A DNA stretch of 64,000 nt, from positions 806,001 to 870,000 of the forward strand of contig NW_026250411.1 of the NCBI RefSeq assembly GCF_024521635.1, given 5' to 3'. This DNA comes from Tricharina praecox. Its lineage: Eukaryota. Below the pieces are notes generated by a model. That model searched no databases, was not told the origin of the DNA, and saw nothing but the letters and a program-made list of their open reading frames with translations. The translations under genes and the position numbers were made by a program. Below are positions 34,154-45,300 of this stretch, one piece after another (within the stretch, counting starts at the first letter, position 1; the number at the start of each line of letters is the position of its first letter).

Positions 34154-35227
34154 CTATTCTTCCTCCTCTTCTTCTTCATCTTCGAGAGCGTTTTCGTTGT
34201 CATCGATCTCGTCTTCCTCCTCGTCCTCATCCTCGCGCTCGTCATCTTCATCGGAAGATTCGTCGCGGTGGGCCATGATGTTGTTATGGTTGGCTTCGGC
34301 CGAATTCAGCGCTTCCTCCCAGATGGTCTCCAGATCCAGATCGCCCCTCTTCTCGCCTCCGCAGACACTCCACCGTTTGCGCTTGTCGGCAGCACCCCAC
34401 CTTGGCAGCCCCCGATCGAAATCGACACTCCGCCGCCGCCGACTGGGGCTACCGTCGTCCTCGTCCTCATTCTCCAATTTCGCCGCCTTGCGCTCCATCG
34501 CTTCCCTCAATTCCGCCTCGACGGCCTCCTGCTCGGCATCGGGCGAATCGGGTATCGTCTCGAGACTCGATATCGAGGGCGACCGCGATCGGATGGAAGT
34601 GGGCGTGCTTGGCGACGACGACGAAGCGGACGGTGGGTACATCATCTCGTTCACGAGGAACGACGGTGGGCTCGGAGCTCTAGGCGAGAACGACGATCCA
34701 GGGTAGTAGCCGTTCCTGGCGCCTGCTGGCGTCAGAGAGCTGGCATAGACGCGAGTTGGCGATGCACTCCGCGGTACGCCGACGAGGAAGGAGCTACGGT
34801 GAGTTGCGGGTGGTGTTGTGGGAGTTGGTGGAGTCATGGTGAGTGCCAGTTGGATTTTACCCTCGGGGATAACCAGCGGCAAGCTCGTGGAGCGAAGTAA
34901 CGGGGGGGCGTATTCTCGCCGACGTCGGGGGATTGTGGGTGTTGGCGATGGTGGGGCGAGCGATGGGATGTATGAGGGGGGGAAGGTCATCGTCGCGGAC
35001 GCAGACTTGGATCGGCCGTGTCCTCGAGTCGTTACGAAGAAGCGTTTCCTTGGAGGCGATGCTGCGCGGGGCGGTTTGATTGGTGATCGGGGAGAGGATT
35101 TGAGCGAAGCAGGGAAGTCCATCTGGGATGGGCGTACAGCCAATGGAGACGGGCGAGCAGCCGGCGGCAACGGCTTCGCCTCGGGGATTGGCGGAGGGGG
35201 GGACGAAAAGCAAGTTGAGTGAGGCAT
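34154..35227 (-). CDS. Conserved ascomycete hypothetical Ser/Pro-rich disordered protein
   Basis: Single long ORF (first ATG at 35227) with RSRSPSISSLETIPDSPDAE and DKRKRWSVCGGEKRGDLDLETIWEE blocks that I recognise from fungal hypothetical proteins; acidic tail. Confidence 0.8.
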   Translation of the reverse strand: MPHSTCFSSPPPPIPEAKPLPPAARPSPLAVRPSQMDFPASLKSSPRSPIKPPRAASPPRKRFFVTTRGHGRSKSASATMTFPPSYIPSLAPPSPTPTIPRRRREYAPPLLRSTSLPLVIPEGKIQLALTMTPPTPTTPPATHRSSFLVGVPRSASPTRVYASSLTPAGARNGYYPGSSFSPRAPSPPSFLVNEMMYPPSASSSSPSTPTSIRSRSPSISSLETIPDSPDAEQEAVEAELREAMERKAAKLENEDEDDGSPSRRRRSVDFDRGLPRWGAADKRKRWSVCGGEKRGDLDLETIWEEALNSAEANHNNIMAHRDESSDEDDEREDEDEEEDEIDDNENALEDEEEEEEE

Positions 35228-38200
35228 CGCTGCACGAATGTTCGTTTTGGACGAGAGTAGTGTGGTTCCTGGATGAGAGGGAGTTCTGTATAGTGCGTAC
35301 AATGCAGCCGCACGTAATGGGCGGTGATTATCGATGATGAGGGGGGAGGTGAGAGTATGTATTTTTATTTATTTTTTGCTTTGTCGACGATGGAAGGATA
35401 GAAGGTGGTTAAGAACGTAGAGTAAGTAAGGTACTCTACTTGGGTAGGAGGTATCTGAAAGGCCAGAGTTCGTATGGTGGCGTTCGGGGGTTCGGTTTCA
35501 CGGGCGCTTCTGTTCTCGTTCGCTCTCAGGCTCGGTTGGGGGTGGGGATGGGGAGGGGAGGGGGGGGGGGGGTTTAGTTGTAGAGTAGGTATAGTATGGT
35601 TGGCGCTGGTTGGCTTCGGAGGGGGGGGCCAGGCCTGCACAGTTGCGCGCAAACAAGGAGAAAGATGGAGAGAATGACGCTCAGGTCCGGATACTGAACC
35701 TTTTCCAGCTCTAGGGGGGTAGAGTGGTAGAGGGTAGCTGGAGTAGGTAACTCAGAGTTCGAATCGAATCGAAAAAGCAAGAGAGCGCGGGGGGGGAGGG
35801 GGCGGCAACTAAATGCTTCCCAACGATGAGCTGCGGTGCGGTCTCGACTTTTGCTGTTCTGACTGACCGATGCAGTCCGTAGTCTGCGTAGGGCGGAAGG
35901 TTGCGCGGATATACGTCTCGTCTCGTAGATATGCCGACGGGCGTTGCTTCGGTCCAGGTTGTTTGAGGCAGCGCAATAGAGTGACGTGCCTGTTGGTTGG
36001 TTGGAGTGACACCCGAGCCTCTGGAGGATGTAGTGCGTGCAGCGCCGCCCAACAGACAAACAAACCCGTGTGTTGACGAATAGCGGTCGAACGAAGCGAC
36101 GGCAGTGGCTGAGATGGGGCTGTGTACGTGATGAGGATAACTATGGCGATCGAGCAAACCGAAGGGAGGCCGCGCGAGAGTTGAAGATATGCGTGATGGA
36201 GGGGATTCCGCGCGGTGAGTCTTGTCTTGCCGGAAGATATGGGAGGACGAGGAGTAGGAGGAGGACGAGGAGTAGGACGAGGAAGACGAGGAAGACGAGG
36301 AGGATGTAGTAGTAGTACCTTGTAGGTGGTGGTGGTGGGGGGGGGGGGGGGGGCGTGTGCGTGCTCGTGCTTCTTTTTCTTTCTCTTCCCCCTGCTGACT
36401 CTGGTAGAATTCAAAGCTCTTCTAATACAAGAGTATATCCGTCCTCTTCTCTGCTCTTGCCTTGCCGAGTGGCTCCTTTCTGTTATTCCTTTTCCGTGGA
36501 ATGACTACCGTAATCTCCTGACCAGTGAATGAGTCTATTCGGCGGTTGTTGGTGTTGGTTGGCGGTGATCGATAGAGTTGCTGGGCAGTGGGGGGGAGTG
36601 GACAAGTGCTCCTGGCCTGTCCACGGGAGAGAGAACGCGAGAGAGAGAGCGAGACAGAGAGACAGAGAGAGCATGGACCCGTGGCGCACGCGGGCCCGTC
36701 ACGACGGCCAAGAAGGAAAAAAACATGCCATAAGGGGAGACTTCACAGAGGCGAAGTTGCAGGGCGGACCCTGAATGCATGTCCGTCCCCCTTGGCCGGG
36801 CAGTTGAGTTCAGCACACACAGCGACGATCAACTTCTCTCACCGTATACGGGGAATGAATATCTACTGGACCAGAATGCAAAGAAAGGCGCGATGATTCG
36901 TCTCTAGCCCTTCGGACCTCGTGTTTGCTATAGTAGAGCAGGTATCAATCTACATAGTTGCCTGAATATGTGGCCAACGGAAGGTGGAGAGAAGAAAGCC
37001 TTGGTGGAAATCTGGAAATGAGAAGCTGCGACCGCCAGCCAAACAGAATCGAGAGGACCCCGGTGGCGCGCTCCGATCGGACTTTTCTCGTCCAAGGTCT
37101 GTCAGTCTGTCTGACGTTGGAAAAAAGGCCAAGCATCAGAACAAACCGCACCGTACCGTACGGTACCTGTCGCAACGCCCCTCCACAGGAACGACGGAAG
37201 CTGGAAAAACGCCGCAATAGGTAGGCTGTTGGACTGGGGGTGGGAAAATACCTACATGAGTACGTACAGAGTCTGCAGTGCAGCTCCCGCTCTAGAGCTG
37301 CAGTGCGATGAGATGCATACGGGCGAAGAGGAATCAGGACGCGGCCGTGGCTAGACTCCTCCTGAGGACTCCTCCTCCTCCTCCTCCTCCTTGAGAGAGA
37401 GAGTCCACCACCCACCCACTCACCCCCTGCGGTTCCGAACCACACACACACAGTCACGACATCGATCCTCGGTAAGTCGATGGGGCTAATCGGGGGGAGC
37501 GTCTGGAGGTGCTCGTGGCTGGAAGGAAACAACGGGCTGTGGGCGGTCCGGAGAGATGCCCCATGGTGGGTGGCCGACGCAGCAGACCCTATGGCGTGCT
37601 ACCTACAGTACAAACCTACTTAGTAGCCGCGCGCGGCAATCACAAGCGCTACACATTCGGGAAATCTCAGGGTGAACAGCAGAGCAGAGCCTTCGTTGCG
37701 CTGTGGCTACTATGTCGTACACACCCATGCCACACTCTACATGGTGATGTGTCTGCTCACTCTGGAATGCTCGTGCCGCCCACCGCCGTCCACCGCCGCC
37801 GCTTCGGGATAAGCCATCCTGTAGATATGTACGCTTTTTCCATGCACTCCAGGCGCCGTGGTACTGTGCTGGTACATACATAGATCGGTCTCGTTGGAAC
37901 TTGGGTACCTATGGAGAGGGGAAAGCAAGATGGATAGAACCGCTATGTATGTACTCAGGCACCCCATTGAGTACATAGAGTACATAGAGTGCTGGTCCGT
38001 GGGTGGAGAACATGGGGACCGATAACTACTGACAAGTCTTACATACATACCGTATCCCCCGCGGACTAATTTGTGGGGCCCCAGACGGGAGCGTGCATCC
38101 CATCCCACACGGCCAGTTCATGTGGACAGCCGCGCTTCACACGATAAGACGGTGAGTCGCGATCGAGTACTACATTACATACCACCTATAGCTACCCAGT

Positions 38201-39350
38201 ACTTATCGCGACACGACTTTGAAGTTTGAACGAGTTAACTTCACGCCAACGATCGCACAATACCTACGGTATGTGGTATGCGGTATGTACATACGCATGA
38301 GAGAAACAAATAAGTCATCAAGCCCCCCGTCAAGGACCTATCAACGACCTGGCTACTCCAGAGCATGAACTCTCTACATAACGCCGCTCTATCGCGCCGA
38401 CGCAGATACGTTATTTATGCAGGTATATAAAAGAAGCTGTATGGAATGTCCGTCGAATCTTGGAGGATTGAAGCCTTGAAGGGCCAAAATTGGCGCACGT
38501 AGTCAACCTTGCCCCGTGGGAGGTGCCTTATTTATAAGGATGATTTGTTTTGCTGCGCCCAAGCTGTCTCTTTTTTCTTCTCGCTGGGAGATACATGTCA
38601 CGGTTGATGTACCCTTCCCACCGCTTGCCTTCGTGATCGGTTCGAATCTCACTTGGAGTTCCGAATGACTGTACACAGTGGACCGGAGAGCCCAAGTTTC
38701 CGTTTTCCCTGGGGATGTATGCATACCCTCCTGCTTGCTTCCCTTCGTGATTGGTTCGGATCTCACTTGGAGCCCCAAGTTTCCGTCTTCCGCGGGGATA
38801 ACCATTGACCGCACTGCCGGGACTGCCCGCACTGCCGGGACTGCCCGCACTGCCCAGTGCCCATAAAGTACATACCGGTAGTCTGCAGGGCTCAAAGAGC
38901 CGAAGAGTCGAAGAGTCGAAGAGACGAAGCAGGAGCAGATGTTCACGCCTACATACTAGTAGGTATTACTAACCGTTGATTGTCAATCCCTGGCAATGAT
39001 CGTCGGGGTCCATGCTTATGTGTGTACCAGTGCTCCTCGGCCGCCAACCGGTAGTTATCTAGAGCACCTAGAGTAGGAACAGTCCGACAACGCAGATGGC
39101 GACTCGAGATCCGAGACTCGTCGTGGAAAGAAAGTATGCCGGAATCGTTCAACTTCTCGATCAGTCACCCAGTCACCCAGTCACCCAGTCACCAGGCCCG
39201 ACTCCTCCCTCAGCACGAATCACGACACATCGGGTAATCTAGCCCGAGATCCTTCGAGACGAATAGAGTACACACCATACCCCCGCTGAGGACCGCGTCG
39301 AAACGGTGCCTGCTGTACTCGAGTACATATGTAGTTGCGGCGTTGCTGTC

Positions 39351-39394
39351 GGTGGTGGTGGTGGTGGTGGTGGTGGTGGTGGTGGTGGTGGTGG
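39351..39394. repeat. (GGT)n microsatellite, ~14 units
   Basis: Read directly. Confidence 0.95.
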
Positions 39395-41362
39395 CGTGAG
39401 GAGGAGGGGTTTGGCCGCTGGCGGGATGGACGTTACCACAACCAGGAATGTCAGGATGCAGCTCGCGTATCTACCCTAGCCTCTGGAGGTTTGACGGGGG
39501 GTGCGTTTCGGAAGCGCCCCCGTCCACGCCCACGCACAGGCCACAGGAGCCAAAGTGCCCTGTGCAGCGTAGTCTCCAGTCCGAGTCCGAGTCCGAGTTC
39601 GAAATCTCTGCCCTGCCCACCGGCTCGAGAGTCGAAACCGACTTATGTATGTGTGTATATATGTGGGTGAAAAACATGCACGCTGCCTGCACTCTGCACA
39701 GTTGAGCCCTGTGCTACTGCCGTCTCCTTGTTCTGATTCTTCTTCATCTGGCAGGCCGAACCTCCAGGCGGGCGCGGAGATCGGGGGGAGTGGGGGAAAG
39801 ACGTTGCGCTACCTTAGAGTAAGAGCTCGCCCTATCCAGATACCCCACTTCTCCGCAGCCCGCCGTTTCCTTCCACCGCGGATGGTAGGTACCCCATGCC
39901 CTGCCATGCCCACCTGGGGGGTTCGATATGTTTCCCCGCCCTCCAACACGTGTTCGGCGAGGAGCGAGGTGAAACGGCGGCTATCATACTTCGTTTTTTT
40001 CTTTTTCTTTTTGCCGTAACCCCCTAGAAAGGTTTGCCCCAAACATTCGGGTCAAGAGACCCCGTTGATGGGTGGGTAGATGGGTGGGTGGGTCGGTGGG
40101 TGGGTCGGTGGGTGGCCTTGGTGGGTGGGTGTGCAACTGTGTCGAGTCGAGGGGAGTCGAAATTCGTATCCCGGATTCACCACACCCTCCGAGTACTCTG
40201 CTCCTGCTTCATACAGCAGTTCGTGTTCATGTTCATGTTCAGCAGACCCTGCATGTGCGTGGGATGGAGGGAGGGATGGAGAGAGGGAGGGAGAGGGGGG
40301 GGAGTAAGCCCTGCACTTGTTGATGCGGGTGAGGCAAGCGATTGATTGATTGTTGTTTCGGCGATAAGATTAGATCGAAACATACTTAATCAGCCAGCGT
40401 GATATCGACCAACCGACGGACGTTCCACAGTCCACGGTCCAGAGTCCAAGACATGCTGTGCAGTGTGTTCAAGTTCAGCTGAGCGGCGGGAGCTGTGACT
40501 CGAGGCGCACGGAGGGTGGGATGACTCGATACCTATCGTGTTACACGATCGATATCGGCATCGCTAGGTATCTATCGCCGGGGGAACCTGCTGCTATGTA
40601 GGACTGTATATATGGGGTACTGGGTACAAGTTACGCAGCTGGAGGTATGTACCTACCCAACTGTCCGTGGTTCGTACAATCGTGGACAAGAGTGAGACAC
40701 CGTCTACCATCGCCACCTCTACGATCCCCCATCCGCACCAAGTTTGCGAGCCGAAACCCTTACATGCGGTATGTAGCTAGGAATCGTCAGACTCGACGTT
40801 GTAATACGACGTATATATGCATACGTTGAAATGTCGATCTGTTTTATGCATGCGAGTTCGCCTGAACCGGTCCGTGCCCGTACAGGCAATCGTGAAGATA
40901 CCTACCTAGGCTACAGTGACAGCATAAGTAGATTAATGGCGAAGAGGAACTTGTTACTTGGGTCCTGGATTTAACCATTTCACAGCGAGCCAACAGCCAA
41001 ATCACGGGGAGTGAACTGTGATATAAATGTGGCGTCGTGGCCAACCACCTCCACACTCCACACAACGGTGCTATATAGGCAATTCCAGTCGTGCATAAAC
41101 CCTGCGCCACACCCACATACGAGTGATACCCATGAATCCACTGCTCTATCTACCACTGCCCAATGTCCATGGACCAGTTCGACCCAGCAAGCCTTACCAG
41201 CAGCGCTGGCCACAGAAACCCCCCGTGCTCGATCTCGGTCACAGTACGGCTAGCTGCTGTATTTCCAGCATGGAAGCAAAACAAAAAAGAATTGATGCAC
41301 CAAACCCGGATTGAACGGGTGACCTTCAGATTACCCCGGATTAATGGAATTGAACCGAATCG

Positions 41363-41393
<31 letters not shown>

Positions 41394-41602
41394 TGGTGCT
41401 ACTTGTGTGTGAAACGTCAGCTGTACACTTATGAGTTAACCTATGCGATGGCACAAATACAGCTGTCTGCCAGCCAGTCACGCACAGGTATTCGGTTCTG
41501 ATATCTGATATCTCATCTCTGGATTATGGGTGATCATGGAAGACAATAATTACACTACGGATAGACACATGTGGGTTAACTCGAGTAATGGATAGGAATT
41601 CC

Positions 41603-42533
41603 TCAAAACGCCGCCGCTTCGCGCATCGATATCCGCATGCACTCGTCCGAGCTCAGCCCGGAAATCGTCCACTGCGCTCGCACCAGCTGCCACGAGTCCC
41701 AGTCCAGCTCCATTCCTTTTCCCGTGCAGGCATCGGTCGCGTCCTGCGCTACTACGTGCATAAATGTATGCATCAGCACGACTGTGAGGGAGGAGGAGAG
41801 GAGTGGAGATGGGGTGAAGGGGAGGAGGGGAGGACTTACGGCCGAAGAACCATGCGGTGTATCCCTCCGCCAGCAGCTGGAGGGTATTAATCGCGTCGTC
41901 GGTAATCTCCTCCACCTGGCCTAGATCGTGCGCTCCCTGTGCGCTCCCATCCGTCTCAACGGTCCGCGCCCTGAACCCCGCTGCATCCTCGGCGCTCCCA
42001 TTCCCATTCCCATCCACCCCTAGCTCCAGCTCCTCAGCGGTATGATACCGTTCCTCGAGTACATCATCCATTACCTCTTCGACCAGATCCGCCCACTCCG
42101 CCCTTCCCACGGCCAACTGCGTCCCCTCGCCGCCGCGATCAAACTTCGTAAACAACTCCAGCACCCACTTCGCATCCTCGCGCTCCTGTAGTAACCCCTC
42201 GAGCCGCCCCTGGTAGCCTGCTAGCTCGGCTGCGAAATCGTCCGCCCAGAAGTGCGCCTGCTCCCGTGCCGTGCGCGGAAACAGGTGCGGCGAGAGCCCG
42301 AGCGCGTGTAGCGAGCTGATCTGCCGGGACATGTGGGATGTGAGGGATTGGATTGTTAAGGGTATGGGCTGGTGGAGTGGGAGTGCTTGTAGTGTGGAGA
42401 TTGCCGAGGAGAGGGCGTGCGAGGTCGAGGTTAGTGTGCGGGTAAGCAGGATGATGTGGGAGAGGCCGAGGAGGGTGTAGGTTGATGGTTGCGGTCGGTG
42501 GTACTTGGATGGCGGCGATTTGGTGCGGGCCAT
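41603..42533 (-). CDS. Hypothetical protein; exons 42533-41840 and 41751-41603
   Basis: Long coding-like frame with ATATAAAT about 70 nt upstream. Intron GTAAGT..GCTGAT..CGTAG (41839-41752). Splicing gives ..AWFFGLAQDATDACTGKGMELDWDSWQLVRAQW..AAAF*. Confidence 0.65.
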
Positions 42534-42989
42534 AGGTATCTGACTTTTTGGACTGGCTGTGGGTGGCCGACTCGACAGCGAGATAATCGCTGGTGGGGTT
42601 ACATTTATATGCCGTTTCCCCCCATCCTTCCTTTCTCCCGCCCTCGTCAGCCAGATGCACTCCTATACCTTCACTTACAGTACGTCGTGTTTGCAAGCCG
42701 AGTGGTATGTAGTTTGCTCTTTGCTGCTATCCTCGGCCGTAAAACGCGACTTCCATTGTTCCTCGAGTCTTGAATGACGCATCGAATGCCAACCCTAAAA
42801 ATGACCCAATGGTACTTCCATCACATCGACAAGGCCACCGGAAGCCAGCCCCCGGTTCTGAACGTCGAAGGAATTCCCATGTAAAAGTGTTGGATAAAAA
42901 GACAATCTCGATGCTTATGATGTTCAATTACGGTGCAATCTCCCCGGACCGGAGGTCCTCTATATACAGGATCTCGAGTCCCTCCCATA

Positions 42990-45300
42990 GATCATGGGAT
43001 AGCATACCGATGACGATGTGCGCTGATACATTGTCCGCCAGCATTGCTGTGGACTGCCAGAATTGCTGCGACCGTCATCGAGACATTCCAGAGTCCGAAC
43101 GCGCAACTCTTCCAGCATTTCTGCGACCGTCGAGACATTCCGGCCGCCCAACTCTGACAAGAAGTACCACCAAGGCACCACCAATATCCCACGATATTGA
43201 TGATGTAAGTAGTGGGGTAGGTAGCTGAAACATGCATTCCGTCTCATCCCGTCTCGTCCCATCTCATCCTATCAATCCCACTGCAGATATCCGTAGTGTG
43301 CCAACGTGGAGCCTAGGTGGGGTAGGAGTCTGGGGAAGTCGATGCCGTGGCGGCAGGCGAACGGGGAGCCAGGGTGCAAGACTCGAGATAAACCTCCGCT
43401 TAGCTCTGGCCTGTTTGTATGGTGGGGTGGTGGGGTGGTGGGGCAGGTGAGACATTCTTCCCGGCAGAATGTCAAAATTTCGGGTTGCCGAGTGCGGTTT
43501 GATGCTCTAAGTCGGCAACCAGGATACTTGCAGCCGGAAGAAAAGTGCTCCCGGAACTCGTGGCTGGTTCTTCGATTGAAGTATCTAGCAAAATAGAATT
43601 CCATGTAGCACCGGAATTCACCGACGTTCATCTGCCTCGCGGGCGTCCGTCGTTGTTCATCGAGTCACAGGACAGCCGGGCCACATGGTCTCGAGACTCG
43701 GGGGACAACCGCACTAAAAGAGAACCATCAAGCAAGGGCTGCTGTCAGCGCCTCCAATCGCGAGGCGAAACACCCGTTATCGAGAATGGACGAGATATAA
43801 TGTGTACGGTTTGATATTGGCATGGAGCTATAAGTGCACTCAGTGTCACTCACCCACGAGTTGCGGGGTCGGGTTGGAGTGCATCTCCATCCGTTTCATC
43901 ATGTTTGCCATCGCAAACATCCGTCCACACCGCTGTCAACGAGTATCTTCCGCGACCATGAGCTAGCAGGGGAAACAGCGGCATCAGATAGGTTTTGTCA
44001 CCACAGGCCCCTGCGGTCGTCCAGTGCTGGTATTCGAAGCCCTGGACCCATTTGAGTGCCGACGCCCGTTATTGTGCGACGCCTGAGACGCCTTGGTCGA
44101 ACTATCGCGAACCCTATTATCCCTTTCTTCCAGGACTCCGAGCCATGATCCATCCGTCCAGACTGTGGAGAACCAATAGGTAGTCTCGTGAAATCGTCCG
44201 TCTCAGTCCTTTATCTTTGCCCACGACGATTCAGTCTGCAATCGTCCCATCCAAGATCGGAGTAGGCAGGTTAGCATAAATCCAACGGAGCCTAGAATGC
44301 GAATGGCGAATGTGTCGAAATCAATGGGGCGCGCTGGGAAAACAAATTCAACCACTCGAATCAATCGATTTGATAGCGCTTATTCACAAGGACCCCCGAA
44401 CCTCGTGGTCATCTACTGCTGATTCCTGCTGGAAGAACGTCTTCCAACTGGGGAAATCATTCCTAGCTGTCCATTGTCGGTATCGATCACTGAGGAGGAC
44501 GAGACGGGCTGCAAAGAAGCTAGGTAGTGTCCTTCCCTCCAAAAGTTCGCCAGTGATAGGTATGTAGATGTATAAACGGACGTGAATGATCCTGTGAGGT
44601 GCCTGCATCGTTGTCCGTAGCGAAACGCAGTAATCATCAGTCCCGTCGCCAAAGCCCATTCCCAGTCCGCACTTAGTAGGTACGGGACGACGATGTTCTC
44701 TCGACGAAGAATGTCGTCTCTGGTTAGTGGCGCTTAACCCACCTCTGGGTGCTGTTAGTTTCGTTCCAGCTAGTGGCGGCGGCGCGGTAGCGCTAAGTTC
44801 CCATCGTCGCCCATAACTGCCGCCGCGAAGGCATCGATATCCCTCAACTCCCAAACCGATGATCTTAGGGTGGGTTTATAGTGTTTCGAGTAGATGCGGG
44901 TAGTGTTCCAAGCCATCTGTCATATACTCCTCGAGACAAGCGACCAAGTACTTTGGAGGTACTGCCCGCAATCGAAGGGAATGGTCCGCAAGTTGCCATA
45001 CACCCATCCCCCCACTCCTCAAGTCACCGATGGCATCGGCGAAGGCAAGGTCCGGACTCTGCCCATCGACCACCGTCCCCTGGCTGTAATATAACAACAT
45101 TGATTATGACTTGGCCAGCAAGCATATCAGAGCATGACCCCGCTGGGAGGTGGCTTCCTTTAGACGGGAGGTAGGCCCCTTACAAACGCTCCGACAGCAT
45201 GTGATTCCGAAGCCTGGGGGAGATTTGCAAGAGCATGGCCCCGCTCGCATCTCGTTACCACTGTCAGTTGGTATGTATCGAAAGAAGCCGTGAACCACGG
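42990..45300 (-). mobile_element. Degenerate non-LTR (LINE, Tad1/CgT1-like) ORF2 relic: RT plus C-terminal Cys motif
   Basis: Minus strand, in order: PGFG..CRS (~45220), DLRSGGMGVWQ..PKYLVACLEEY (~45030-44922; cf. DxxxAFDxVWH..PxYLVxxIxSY), TATGGGCGACGAT = Y(G)DD with a 1-nt insertion (44815-44803), QRWVKRH, HYLAS (cf. RYLG), and H..ATY..YWWCLGG..QS..EC..LWN (~43235-43085; cf. CWWC..QxRxHLF..C..LW). Confidence 0.5.
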
